64,000 bases of DNA from Phormidium sp. (GTDB lineage: Bacteria > Cyanobacteriota > Cyanobacteriia > Cyanobacteriales > Aerosakkonemataceae): NCBI GenBank assembly GCA_051013385.1, contig CP143273.1, positions 32,001 through 96,000 on the forward strand, in the 5' to 3' direction. The notes under the pieces were generated by a model that made no database searches, was not told the DNA's origin, and worked only from the letters and a program-made list of their open reading frames with translations. This document shows positions 28,044 to 38,796 of this stretch, piece after piece. Each line of letters starts with the position of its first letter. Position 1 is the first letter of the stretch. Position numbers and translations under genes: made by a program.

Positions 28044-30402
28044 TCCTTTGCCCTCCATCCCCTTGATAATTTAATTCGTAAGTTGGAGGAGAGGTGGCAA
28101 AAACTGGCATTTGCAGAGTAAAACTGGCACCTTTTCCGAGACGGGATTCTAGGGTAATCGATCCGCCGTGAAGTTCTGCTAATTTCCGGGCGATCGCTAA
28201 ACCCAAACCAGTTCCCGAAAATTTCCGTGATAAAGAAGTGTGAATCTGAGAAAACGGAGAAAATAGTTTTACTTGGTCACTAGGATCGATCCCAATCCCA
28301 GTATCCCAAACGGTAAAATTTACCTTTTCAGTAGTGTAGTTGTTAACAGTCTCGCGAGAACGGTAAACTTTTAAACCAACACTTCCTTTTGGCGTGAATT
28401 TCACCGCATTAGTGAGCAAGTTAATTAAAATTTGTTTGAGGCGAATTGGATCTGCCACGAAGTATTCTAAATCGCTAGCTACTTCTACTTCTAAAGATAT
28501 ACCTTGAGCGATCGCTCGTTCCCGGATTAAACCAATTACATTTTCTGTTATCTCATGAATAAACACAATTTGCGGATCTAACTCCAAACGTCCAGCCTCA
28601 ATCCGAGACATATCGAGAATATCATTAATCAATTCCAGCAAATACTGACCGCTGCTATAAATGCGATCGACATATTCCTTTTGTTTAGGATTGAGTTTGC
28701 CAAAGCATTGTTCTAACAGCACACTAGAAAACCCCAAAATTGCCGTTAAAGGTGTGCGTAACTCATGACTAGTATTAGCAATAATCTCTCCTTTTACCCG
28801 GTTTAAAGTTGACAACTCTTGATTCTTTGCTTGCAAAAGTTGCAATTGGCGAGATTGACGAATTGCTAAGGTACATTGACTGGCTACCTGTTCAATTAAA
28901 ATAATTTCATCTTGACTAAAATGATGGGGTTGAGATTGCAATAAAGCAATTCCTCCTATTAAACCTTGGGTATCCCAAATTGGACTAATCAACACCATAT
29001 TTGCTCTGGTTTCGGGTTGACTATTGTTGAAGGGAATTAAACCCAAATAAGTTTTTCCCGCTAACAATGCAACACGGGAATTTTCTGGTAATTCCTTAAG
29101 TAGTAAGCGTTTCCCTACCAGTGAGACTTCGTTATTAACAATCTCAGAAGATTGCCGATCTTTAAAATACTCATGTTCTACTTCTAATACTTCTTCGGTT
29201 GCTTGGAACAGCATCGCACAACAACCATCAATTTCTAAAGCTGTTACTAAACCTTCCACAGCTGTTTGCAGGATTTGATCTTCTTTGAGTTCTTGGCGTA
29301 GTGATACCGTTAACTTCCGAATTAATTGCTCAAATTGTAGCGATCGATTTAAAGTCAGCGTCCGTTCTTTCACCCTTTCTTCTAATTCGTGAGTGTAAGC
29401 TTGCAATTGTTGTACCAAACTTGCTTGTTCAAAAGCGATCGCCATTTGATTCGCCACCGCTTGCACCAACTGTCTTTCATCTTCCGTCCATTGTCTAGGT
29501 AAGCGACATTGATGCACAATCAACAAACCCCAAAGTTTCCCTTGCTCCAACTCCAAAGAATTATCTTTTCGTTGTTGAATCGCCGCCACCATAATACTTC
29601 GCACCTCCATTTGTTCTAGCATTTGTCGATAGCATTCCGACAATTCCTCAGTGCGGACATCTATGCTATGCCAAAGTCTACCTTGACTGTAAGCTTGTAA
29701 ATAACGTTGGGGAATACAATCAGCTGGAAAACTTTTTCCTTTAATTGATTTATATGCTGGTTTTACCGCTTCTGATGTACAAATACCAGTAGCATCTGCT
29801 TGTAACTGATATGCTACTACGCGATCGGCATTCAAAGCAGTTTGTAATTTTGTCACTCCTATTTCCAAAATCTTGGGAAAATTAAAAGTGTTGCGAATTG
29901 TCGCCGCAATTTCACTTAGTAATGCTTCTCGTTCCCGTCTTTCATTAATCTCTTTTTCTGCTTCTATAACATAACTTAAATCATTAACAAACACCAACAA
30001 ATAGCTATCTTCAGTTTCTAAATTTCCCCGCAAAAACATCGTCACTTCCGCCCAGACGATCGCACCATTGCGGCAAATAAAACGCTTTTGCAATGAACAT
30101 TTTACCGCTGATTCGCCATTAAGTAATTGACGAATAAACTTCATGTCATCAGTAAAATCATCTGGATGGGAAATTGTCCGACAATCTAAACGACGTAACT
30201 GTGCTTCCGTGTAACCAATCAAATTACTCATTGCTGGATTGGCCTTGAGGATACCACCATCCAAACTCATGTAGAAAATGCCTACAGGTGATTCATAAAA
30301 TAAGACCTCCTCCTCTTGGGAGTTTTCCTGCTGAGTGGGAAAAGAACATAGAACTTTGGCAATTTTTCCCCTCTCTTGCTCTTTCCACTCTCGATGTACC
30401 AT
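28039..30402 (-). CDS. PAS-GAF-GAF sensor histidine kinase; first GAF is cyanobacteriochrome-like
   Basis: SHPDD PAS, DRV..Y, ECY, SHELRTPL, NLLTNAVKFT, GTGLGL. Confidence 0.9.
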   Translation of the reverse strand: MVHREWKEQERGKIAKVLCSFPTQQENSQEEEVLFYESPVGIFYMSLDGGILKANPAMSNLIGYTEAQLRRLDCRTISHPDDFTDDMKFIRQLLNGESAVKCSLQKRFICRNGAIVWAEVTMFLRGNLETEDSYLLVFVNDLSYVIEAEKEINERREREALLSEIAATIRNTFNFPKILEIGVTKLQTALNADRVVAYQLQADATGICTSEAVKPAYKSIKGKSFPADCIPQRYLQAYSQGRLWHSIDVRTEELSECYRQMLEQMEVRSIMVAAIQQRKDNSLELEQGKLWGLLIVHQCRLPRQWTEDERQLVQAVANQMAIAFEQASLVQQLQAYTHELEERVKERTLTLNRSLQFEQLIRKLTVSLRQELKEDQILQTAVEGLVTALEIDGCCAMLFQATEEVLEVEHEYFKDRQSSEIVNNEVSLVGKRLLLKELPENSRVALLAGKTYLGLIPFNNSQPETRANMVLISPIWDTQGLIGGIALLQSQPHHFSQDEIILIEQVASQCTLAIRQSRQLQLLQAKNQELSTLNRVKGEIIANTSHELRTPLTAILGFSSVLLEQCFGKLNPKQKEYVDRIYSSGQYLLELINDILDMSRIEAGRLELDPQIVFIHEITENVIGLIRERAIAQGISLEVEVASDLEYFVADPIRLKQILINLLTNAVKFTPKGSVGLKVYRSRETVNNYTTEKVNFTVWDTGIGIDPSDQVKLFSPFSQIHTSLSRKFSGTGLGLAIARKLAELHGGSITLESRLGKGASFTLQMPVFATSPPTYELNYQGDGGQRS

Positions 30403-30509
30403 ATTTAATTCTCCATTCCTGGCTCCACTAGCAGAAGTTTTGGCTAATGGTAATAATTGTAACCACAATTTTTGCCATAAAATAGTGTCGTTAATTAAAC
30501 TTTGCGCTG

Positions 30510-30788
30510 TTAATTCTGTGCATATCCCAGCTGTTCTAAAACTGCTGCTTCCGGTTCAAACAAATTTTGAGCTTTTTGGAGTCGATTAGGGGTTAAGTTT
30601 TCCGGGGGGCGAAACACTTTTACCACACAACTACGCATAGTCGGAGTATCGCGATCGCCTGCTAAAACCGCTACCCCAAATCCTCCTTTACCCAACAATT
30701 TCCCAGATAAAAAACGATCTCTTAAAATCAGCGGCATCCCACAAGCAGTGCAATACTTTTGTGACACTCCTTTAACGGACGATGACAA
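30510..30788 (-). pseudogene. Ser/Thr protein kinase N-terminal fragment
   Basis: CTACG zinc knuckle, LGKGGFG, VVK, FE.EA.VLEQLG, then stop. Confidence 0.8.
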
Positions 30789-30855
30789 CCTGAACGAGTG
30801 CAGTAAAGTTCCATGAAAGTGGATTGTTTATTTGAGCTTTTGGCAACTGCAAAGG

Positions 30856-31881
30856 CTAGCTACCATTAGCCGGAAAAATTTTACCAGCTTGGGGAAGCAC
30901 AGCAGTTTTGTGAGAATTAGCCAGATTAGCCGTAGCTTCTACAATTTCTTTGCTCCATCCCGGCATAGCAAACGAAGGCAAAATTTCCTGGCTAAAAGCT
31001 TCTGCTGCTTTAGAACGGTAACGATGAGGATTAAAAATCACCGACAGCATTCGCTTTACTACCACTTCATCAATATTGGCACGATGGAGAATTCCCATTT
31101 GGAGTTCTTTTTCGATCGCCGAAACGGAAACAAAAGCCGCACCCAAACCCGACTGTACCGCATTTTTAATTGCTTCTATGGAATTCAGTTCCATTTCAAT
31201 TTTCAACCTGCGAGTATCAATCCCACAACGAGTGAGTACTTGATCGATTACCTTACGAATAGTTGATTGAGAATCGAGAGCAATAAAATTTAGCTTGTAC
31301 AAATCTTCTTTTTGGATAATTTCCAATTTAGCAAAGGGATGAACTACGGGAATAATTAACGCTAATTCATCCTCTACATAAGGTTGAATTTGCAAAGATT
31401 CGTTTAATTCCGAGGGAATTTCGCCGCCAATAATTGCCAAATCAACTTGTCCATTAGCCACACTCCAAGCCGTGCGTCTAGTCGAGTGAACGTGCAATTG
31501 TACCGACACATCTGGATATCTTTGCCGGAACATTCCGATCATCCGAGGTAACAGGTAGGTTCCAGTAGTTTGGCTGGCTCCCACAATCAGGGTACCACCC
31601 TGGAGATTCTGCAAATCTTCGATCGCACGACAAGTTTCTTCACAAAGCGAGAGAATTTTTTCGCCGTAGCTCAACAGGAGATATCCTGCCTCTGTTAATT
31701 GTGCCCTGCGCCCACCGCGATCGAACAACGGCACATCCAATTGCCTTTCCAAGTTCTGCACCTGTAAACTAACAGCGGGTTGGGAGACATACAGACTATC
31801 TGCGGCGCGCTTGAAACTTCCCTCTGCGGCGATCGCTTTGAGAATACGCAACTGATCTAAAGTAAAAGGAAGGTCGGTCAT
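30856..31881 (-). CDS. ycf30: LysR family regulator (Ycf30/RbcR-like)
   Basis: [31 protein letters not shown]. Confidence 0.85.
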   Translation of the reverse strand: MTDLPFTLDQLRILKAIAAEGSFKRAADSLYVSQPAVSLQVQNLERQLDVPLFDRGGRRAQLTEAGYLLLSYGEKILSLCEETCRAIEDLQNLQGGTLIVGASQTTGTYLLPRMIGMFRQRYPDVSVQLHVHSTRRTAWSVANGQVDLAIIGGEIPSELNESLQIQPYVEDELALIIPVVHPFAKLEIIQKEDLYKLNFIALDSQSTIRKVIDQVLTRCGIDTRRLKIEMELNSIEAIKNAVQSGLGAAFVSVSAIEKELQMGILHRANIDEVVVKRMLSVIFNPHRYRSKAAEAFSQEILPSFAMPGWSKEIVEATANLANSHKTAVLPQAGKIFPANGS

Positions 31882-32086
31882 ACGGCTAAACCTGAATGTG
31901 AAAAGGAGCCAGAAGACGACAAACCCGGTTAAATTGGGTTTGACTCAAACGCTGAATTACTAATACAGTTTAGAGATCTTAGGTACATATAGGAAGTAAT
32001 ACCGCCCAAGAAAAGTCTTCTTTCGAGTTATTTCTGACATGGTTTGTGCTGTAATTGAATCGATTGATAATTCTTCAAACTCTGTA

Positions 32087-32800
32087 ATGTTATTTACTTG
32101 GTTCACACCCAGTCACGGAATCATCCTGGGACTGTTGTTAACTTTTGCGATCGCTCACAGTGGATTAGCAGCATTGCGTCCTTGGGGAGAAAAATTAATT
32201 GGCCCAAGAATGTACCGCATATTATTTGCCCTAGTCAGCTTGCCCCTAGCCACTGTGTTAATCATCTACTTTTTTAACCATAGGTATGACGGCTTACAAA
32301 TGTGGCAGGTTCAAGGAATACCCGGAATAAAACCCTTAGTTTGGGTGTTATCTGCCGTATCTTTCCTTTTCCTGTACCCTGCAACCTTTAACCTGCTGGA
32401 AATTGCCGCCATTCAAAAACCAGAAGTACACCTCTACGAAACAGGCATCATTCGCATCACCAGACATCCCCAAATGGTCGGACAGATAATCTGGTGCATA
32501 GCTCACACCATCTGGATTGGTACCACTTTTACCCTAGTTACGTCAATCGGCTTGATTTTACACCATTGTTTTGGAGTCTGGCACGGGGATCGCCGACTGC
32601 TAGCCCGTTACGGCGCAGCGTTTACAGCTGTGAAAGAGCGGACTTCGATCGCGCCATTTTTAGCGATCGTCCAAGGCAAACAAACCCTGAAATGGCAAGA
32701 ATTTATCCGCCCCGCCTATCTAGGAGTAGCCGCCTTCGTCCTCCTCTTTTGGTGGCTGCATCCCATATTGATTAACGCCACCGCTAGGGTTGCTTGGTAG
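32087..32800 (+). CDS. NnrU family membrane protein (zeta-carotene isomerase Z-ISO-like)
   Basis: HSGLA, GIIRITRHPQMVG, HGDRRL, RTSI.PF. Confidence 0.85.
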   Translation: MLFTWFTPSHGIILGLLLTFAIAHSGLAALRPWGEKLIGPRMYRILFALVSLPLATVLIIYFFNHRYDGLQMWQVQGIPGIKPLVWVLSAVSFLFLYPATFNLLEIAAIQKPEVHLYETGIIRITRHPQMVGQIIWCIAHTIWIGTTFTLVTSIGLILHHCFGVWHGDRRLLARYGAAFTAVKERTSIAPFLAIVQGKQTLKWQEFIRPAYLGVAAFVLLFWWLHPILINATARVAW

Positions 32801-32980
32801 GGACTCTTGGGACTAGGGGACTCTTGGGACAAGGGGACTCTTGGGACTAGGAGAATTTTTTACTCAAAACTCCCCGAACTAACTCAAAACTTAAAACTCA
32901 AAACTCAAAACTCCCCCACCTCCCCAATCCCCAGTCCCTAAAATTCTTAACTCAAAACTCATAACCCAAAACTCATAACT
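32800..32980. repeat. Tandem repeats (GGGACTCTTGGGAC(T/A)AG x3; AACTCAA heptamers)
   Basis: Visible directly. Confidence 0.85.
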
Positions 32981-33137
32981 TTAGCCCATGCCTTGAGTTT
33001 CCTGGCACTTCCACAGGATCAGTCGATCCCCAATCCTTAAATTGCTTATCAAAACTTCTGATTCAGACGATCCCGAAACGATGTAGCATGATCCCAAGAC
33101 AGATAAAAAAAATCTATAAGTTATCATCTTGAGGGTC

Positions 33138-33518
33138 ATGGTACTGTCAGTTAACGAGCGGACGTTTACACCAGAAGTTTTAGAGTCTCCCACACCAGTA
33201 CTAGTTCATTTTTGGGCTCCTTGGTGTGGTTTGTGTCGCCTGATTGGGCCCCAATTGACTCGTTTTCAGGCAGAATCGGCAGGAAAGTTTAAATTAGTGG
33301 ACATCAACGCCGACCAGAATTTTAAACTAGCGAACACATATCGACTAAAAAGCTTGCCTACCCTAATTTTGTTTGAAACAGGTCAGATTCTCGATCGCTT
33401 CGAGAATTTTCGAGGTAGAGATGATCTTGACGCAGCACTAAAGTTGATTTTGCAAAGCTATACAGAAGCTAGCAACTATAAATTGCTCGAACCTCTCTCC
33501 TGTCATACTAATTCCTGA
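33138..33518 (+). CDS. trxC: Thioredoxin, cyanobacterial c-type
   Basis: Atypical WCGLC active site. Confidence 0.8.
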   Translation: MVLSVNERTFTPEVLESPTPVLVHFWAPWCGLCRLIGPQLTRFQAESAGKFKLVDINADQNFKLANTYRLKSLPTLILFETGQILDRFENFRGRDDLDAALKLILQSYTEASNYKLLEPLSCHTNS

Positions 33519-33790
33519 GTTTGCTCAAAGTACCCAGTACAGAGCTTGGGTCGAGGAGTATAAATTTTTGCCTTTACTTTCTCTAATCCCTCCCAATCTA
33601 TGTAGCAAATGGCCTATTTCCCAAGAAAGGTGTTTTTCTCACCCGACTACCAAATTCTGTGAATTTTTCCTTAAGCCAACCCGGATTTATCTGTGTTGGT
33701 TATTTTATGGTGAGATGAACCTATCAACTGTGTGTCACAATTGTTCACAGTTTGATCAAAAAGTTAAATTATATAAAGTAGGCATCAGTG

Positions 33791-35878
33791 ATGGAACTGA
33801 TATATCAGTATGCTTGGCTAATACCCGTCCTACCACTGTTGGGGGCGATGATAGTCGGCATCGGGCTGATTTCATTTAGCAAATTTACCAACCAACTGCG
33901 ACAGCTAAACGCAGTGTTTATCGTCTCCCTGCTGGGAGCGGCAATGACCCTTTCCTTTGCCATACTTTGGAGTCAGTTTACTGGTCATGCACCCTACACT
34001 CAGACTCTAGAGTGGGCATCAGCGGGGAATTTTCATTTGTCGATGGGCTATACGATCGATCATCTAACAGCAGTAATGTTAGTCATCGTCACCACCGTAG
34101 CCTTCCTCGTCATGGTCTACACCGACGGCTACATGGCACACGATCCGGGATATGTACGCTTCTATGCTTATCTCAGCTTGTTTAGCTCGTCGATGTTAGG
34201 TCTGGTAGTTAGCTCCAACCTTGTGCAAGTTTATATCTTCTGGGAACTGGTGGGGATGTGTTCCTACTTGCTGATAGGTTTTTGGTTTGATCGCAAACCA
34301 GCAGCAGATGCTTGTCAAACAGCCTTCGTTGTTAACCGAGTCGGTGACTTTGGCTTATTGTTAGGCATCCTGGGTTTATATTGGGCAACTAGCAGCTTCG
34401 ATTTCACCATCATGGGTGAACGCCTACAAGCCGCAGTAGAATCTGGACAATTAGCAGCTGGATTAGCCGCATTGTTGGCAATTTTAGTCTTCATGGGCCC
34501 AGTGGCAAAATCAGCCCAAGTCCCCCTGCACGTTTGGCTACCAGACGCAATGGAAGGCCCAACCCCCATTTCGGCGTTAATCCACGCCGCAACAATGGTG
34601 GCAGCTGGGGTATTTCTGATTGCCCGGATGTACCCCGTGTTTGAAGGCATCCCGGTAGCAATGAATGTCATTGCCTGGACAGGGGCTGTAACCGCCTTCG
34701 TAGGGGCAACAACCGCAATTACTCAAAATGACATCAAAAAAGGCTTGGCTTATTCCACCATGTCTCAGCTAGGTTACATGGTGATGGCGATGGGAGTCGG
34801 TGCTTACAGCGCTGGCCTATTTCACCTGATGACCCACGCTTATTTTAAAGCGATGCTGTTCCTCTGCTCTGGGTCAGTGATTCACGGCATGGAAGGCGTA
34901 GTCGGTCACGACCCCGCTTATGCTCAAGATATGCGATTAATGGGCGGTTTGCGGAAGTTTATGCCCATTACCGCAATTACTTTTTTGATTGGCACTTTGG
35001 CAATTTCCGGGATTCCTCCTTTTGCGGGATTTTGGTCAAAAGACGAGATTTTGGGTTCTACTTTCGCCGTCAGTCCAATTTTATGGATCGTTGGCTGGGT
35101 AACTGCGGGAATCACCGCTTTTTATATGTTCCGAATGTACTTCACCACCTTTGAAGGCAAGTTCCGGGGTAATGAAGCCAGCGTGAAGAACACCATTAAG
35201 GCGGAAGTTCTCCAAAGTCAAGGTTTTGTTTTTGGCCCTGGTGCGATGAATCCTCAAGAATTGACGATCGAGGAAGCTAGAGGGCATGATGACCATGAAG
35301 CTCATGAAGGTCACGGTCATAGTCATGAACCGCACGAATCACCAATTACCATGACTTTGCCATTAATGCTCTTGGCAATTCCTTCGGTGTTCGTTGGTTT
35401 AGTAGGAACACCTTTCCACAATTACTTTGAAGAATTCATCCATCCAGCGAGTGAAATAGTTTCGGAAGTACCCGCAGAAGCAGCACAGGAAGGTTTTACA
35501 GAGTTCCTGATTATGGCTGGTAGTTCTGTGGGCATTTCCTTGATTGGGATTACCTTAGCTTCGCTGATGTATTTGGGGGGTAAAATTGATCCGAGTGCGA
35601 TCGCAGCTAAAATTCCCTCACTCTACAAAATCTCCAAAAACAAATGGTACTTCGACGAAGTGTACGATGTCCTCTTCGTCCAAGGTAGCCGTCGCCTAGC
35701 AAGGGCTGTCATGGAAGTAGACCTAAAAGTAGTAGATGGTTTAGTCAACTTAACAGGTTTAGTCACCCTACTTTCCGGCGAAGGTCTGAAATACTTTGAA
35801 ACCGGAAGGGCTCAATTCTACGCCCTAATTGTATTCGCCGCTGTTTTAGTCGGCGTTATCGCCTTCAGCGTCACCTAG
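33791..35878 (+). CDS. ndhF1: NAD(P)H-quinone oxidoreductase subunit 5
   Basis: WLPDAMEGPTPISALIHAATMV, FWSKDEIL. Confidence 0.95.
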   Translation: MELIYQYAWLIPVLPLLGAMIVGIGLISFSKFTNQLRQLNAVFIVSLLGAAMTLSFAILWSQFTGHAPYTQTLEWASAGNFHLSMGYTIDHLTAVMLVIVTTVAFLVMVYTDGYMAHDPGYVRFYAYLSLFSSSMLGLVVSSNLVQVYIFWELVGMCSYLLIGFWFDRKPAADACQTAFVVNRVGDFGLLLGILGLYWATSSFDFTIMGERLQAAVESGQLAAGLAALLAILVFMGPVAKSAQVPLHVWLPDAMEGPTPISALIHAATMVAAGVFLIARMYPVFEGIPVAMNVIAWTGAVTAFVGATTAITQNDIKKGLAYSTMSQLGYMVMAMGVGAYSAGLFHLMTHAYFKAMLFLCSGSVIHGMEGVVGHDPAYAQDMRLMGGLRKFMPITAITFLIGTLAISGIPPFAGFWSKDEILGSTFAVSPILWIVGWVTAGITAFYMFRMYFTTFEGKFRGNEASVKNTIKAEVLQSQGFVFGPGAMNPQELTIEEARGHDDHEAHEGHGHSHEPHESPITMTLPLMLLAIPSVFVGLVGTPFHNYFEEFIHPASEIVSEVPAEAAQEGFTEFLIMAGSSVGISLIGITLASLMYLGGKIDPSAIAAKIPSLYKISKNKWYFDEVYDVLFVQGSRRLARAVMEVDLKVVDGLVNLTGLVTLLSGEGLKYFETGRAQFYALIVFAAVLVGVIAFSVT

Positions 35879-36140
35879 AGGGGCAGGGGGGCAGAGGGGC
35901 AGAGGGGCAGAGGGGCAGGGGGGCAGAGGGGCAGGGGGGCAGAGGGGCAGGGGGGCAGAGGGGCAGAGGGGCAGAGGGGCAGAGGGGCAGAGGGGCAGAG
36001 GGGCAGAGGGGCAGAGGGGCAGAGGAGAGGAAAATTCAAAACTCCCCTACCTCCCGAAACTCTCCCTAACTCAAAACTCAAAACTCAAAACTCAAAACTC
36101 AAAACTCCCCTACCTCCCCACCTCCCCATCTCCCAACTCC
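35877..36140. repeat. About 18 x AG(A/G)GGGGC octamer plus AACTCAA heptamer STRR
   Basis: Tandem arrays between ndhF1 and ndhD1. Confidence 0.95.
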
Positions 36141-36284
36141 TAAAACTCTGGAATTAAAACCAAAGAAATAAGCATATTTCGTAACTTAGTAATAAAAATA
36201 GTATGGGCGAGACTAGATCTTGTTTTAACCTAAATCAGACGAGATCATTCTTTAAGTTCTAGGAATTTAATAACCTGACTAGCA

Positions 36285-37880
36285 ATGAATACAGCTAATT
36301 TTCCTTGGCTGACGACGATCATACTATTTCCGATCGCAGCATCCCTACTAATCCCCTTCATCCCCGATAAAGATGGCAAAACAGTACGTTGGTACGCCCT
36401 AATTATCGGACTAATCGATTTTGCCCTCATTTCCTACGCTTTCTACACCGGATACGACTTAAATCAACCCGGATTACAACTGTTTGAAAGCTATTCTTGG
36501 GTTCCCCAAATCGATTTAAAATGGTCAGTGGGTGCAGATGGGCTATCTATGCCCCTAATCTTGCTGACTGGCTTCATGACTACGCTGGCAACTTTGGCAG
36601 CTTGGCCTGTAACCTGGAAACCAAAGCTGTTTTACTTTTTAATGCTGGCAATGTACGGCGGACAAATCGCCGTGTTTGCCGTCCAAGATATGTTGCTGTT
36701 CTTCCTCGTGTGGGAATTGGAATTGATTCCAGTTTACCTACTGCTGGCAATCTGGGGCGGAAAAAAACGTCTTTATGCCGCTACCAAGTTCATTCTCTAC
36801 ACGGCTGGCGGTTCTCTGTTTATCTTAATCGCAGCTTTGGCGATGGCGTTCTACGGCGATAACGTTTCTTTCGATATGCGTACCCTCGCCGCTAAAGATT
36901 TCGCTATCAACTTCCAATTATGGATGTATGGGGCTTTTTTCATTGCCTACGCCGTCAAACTGCCGATTATTCCTTTCCACACTTGGCTACCGGATGCACA
37001 TGGCGAAGCTACCGCACCTGTGCATATGCTACTCGCTGGTATTCTCCTGAAAATGGGCGGTTACGCTTTAATTCGGATGAATGCTCAAATGTTGCCTGAT
37101 GCCCATGCGGTATTTGCCCCAGTGTTGGTAGTTTTAGGTGTGGTAAATATTATCTACGCCGCTTTAACTTCTTTCGCCCAAAGAAACTTGAAACGGAAGA
37201 TTGCTTACTCTTCAATTTCTCACATGGGATTTGTGACAATTGGGATTGCTTCCTTTACCGATTTGGGTTTGAGTGGAGCAATGTTGCAAATGGTTTCTCA
37301 TGGTTTAATTGGGGCGAGTTTATTCTTCCTAGTAGGGGCAACTTATGACCGAACTCACACCTTGATGTTAGATGAAATGGGTGGTGTTGGTCAGAAAATG
37401 CGAAAGATGTTCTCAATGTGGACTGCTTGTGCTTTGGCATCTTTAGCATTACCTGGAATGAGTGGTTTTGTGGCTGAATTAATGGTGTTTGTTGGCTTTG
37501 CAACTAGCGATGCTTACAACCCAACTTTCAAGGTAATTGTTGTGTTCTTGGCAGCAGTGGGTGTGATTTTGACACCAATTTATTTGTTGTCAATGTTGCG
37601 GGAAATTTTCTATGGGCCAGAAAATAAAGAGTTAGTAGAACACGAAGCTTTAATTGATGCTGAGCCCAGAGAAGTGTTTATCATTTCTTGTTTGTTGGTG
37701 CCCATTATTGGGATTGGTTTCTATCCCAAAATCCTGACGCAAATCTATGATGCAAGTACGCAACAATTAACGGCACGTTTACGGGCAGCAGTCCCAACTT
37801 TAGTGGAAAATCCTCAACCTGCGAATCCTTTGCCAATGGCGCTTCAGAAATTCACATCTGCACCGAAAATTGGTAAGTGA
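36285..37880 (+). CDS. ndhD1: NAD(P)H-quinone oxidoreductase subunit 4
   Basis: [27 protein letters not shown]. Confidence 0.95.
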   Translation: MNTANFPWLTTIILFPIAASLLIPFIPDKDGKTVRWYALIIGLIDFALISYAFYTGYDLNQPGLQLFESYSWVPQIDLKWSVGADGLSMPLILLTGFMTTLATLAAWPVTWKPKLFYFLMLAMYGGQIAVFAVQDMLLFFLVWELELIPVYLLLAIWGGKKRLYAATKFILYTAGGSLFILIAALAMAFYGDNVSFDMRTLAAKDFAINFQLWMYGAFFIAYAVKLPIIPFHTWLPDAHGEATAPVHMLLAGILLKMGGYALIRMNAQMLPDAHAVFAPVLVVLGVVNIIYAALTSFAQRNLKRKIAYSSISHMGFVTIGIASFTDLGLSGAMLQMVSHGLIGASLFFLVGATYDRTHTLMLDEMGGVGQKMRKMFSMWTACALASLALPGMSGFVAELMVFVGFATSDAYNPTFKVIVVFLAAVGVILTPIYLLSMLREIFYGPENKELVEHEALIDAEPREVFIISCLLVPIIGIGFYPKILTQIYDASTQQLTARLRAAVPTLVENPQPANPLPMALQKFTSAPKIGK

Positions 37881-37909
37881 ATGAAAAACGGGTAGGAAAT
37901 ATCACTGGA

Positions 37910-38602
37910 TTGACACTCTCCCGTCAAGCTATCGCTGTGACGGGAGATTCTTGTTTCTTCGAGCAACGCTTGTTAGTACTAGTACTAACAAGTCTTACTT
38001 GCTCTCCACAAGAAGAGAAATTCCGTTTGCCCAACGGTATTTGTTGACAGAATTTTAATGCCCTCTTCCCTCAAATTTTTAGCAGCGTTCTCGTCCCTAT
38101 CATGATGGGTTTGGCAATTTGGACAAACCCATTCTCTATGCGATTGCTTTTTGTGTTTGCTTTTGAACTTCGGGAATTTAGATCGATGTTCAAAAAAGTT
38201 TTTAAATGCTGCTTCTAGGTTTTTCAATGATTGCTGCAATGCCGAGGAAGACGCTTCTTTTAGCCATAAGAAATCTTCATCTTTCTTTAGCTGCGTCAAA
38301 TCTTTAGCCATGTCGCAATAGGTTAATCCTTTTCCCGTCTCCTGATATTGAGTGTTGCTTTTATTCAGGTAATAATTCCAAACAAAGCGACAGCACCCAA
38401 AATTTGGGGCTAAGGCTATTTGTTGCTCTTTATTTGGATACAATCTTACCTTTAAAGCTGTTAGCATTTCTCTATCAATTCGGGAATTAGTAACAGTATA
38501 GCACCAATTATATTGATTCGCTACGCTCAATCTGAGTTCAAAGGTCACAATTCATCTTCCGGTACAGCGTAGCTTACCGGGAGATGAATTGCGACATTCT
38601 AG
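37910..38602 (-). mobile_element. Non-autonomous IS200/IS605-family element
   Basis: Subterminal hairpins at 37918-37948 and 38549-38590; right end ...TCAA; TTAT before the left end. Confidence 0.75.
37985..38467 (-). pseudogene. tnpB: TnpB with a large internal deletion
   Basis: KVRLYPN...FGCCRFVWN...PKFKSK joined directly to REWVCPNC...HDRDENAA. Confidence 0.9.
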
Positions 38603-38699
38603 ATAAGCTAACAGAAAAATGTGTTATCTGTTGCCTTGCCTCTCCAATTGTCTCACTTTAAACAAATAGCCTGAAAAAGTAGATTTTTCGGTGTATTCT

Positions 38700-38721
38700 G
38701 CCCCTTTGCAGGGGCTTTTTT
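38700..38721 (+). terminator. Intrinsic terminator
   Basis: GCCCCT-TTGC-AGGGGC followed by a T run. Confidence 0.7.
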
Positions 38722-38796
38722 ATTTGGTAAAATCGCTTACAAATATTAAATATTTTTTTGCAATCAAAGTAATACTTGACAATTTGATAATAAGTC

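Noticed and set aside
33568..33879. 103-aa ORF upstream of ndhF1 and possible regulator boxes
   Set aside because: It overlaps the ndhF1 promoter and start in another frame; the candidate CRP/HLR1-like motifs have poor spacing or match.
35875..36081. ORF of PLCPSA repeats (also 26342-26542, 57588-57812, 57737-58054)
   Set aside because: These are translations of 8-bp STRR arrays, not credible genes.
38620..38721. Possible independent sRNA ending at the terminator
   Set aside because: It is equally explained as the ndhD1 3' region displaced by the IS insertion; no recognisable family or clear promoter.
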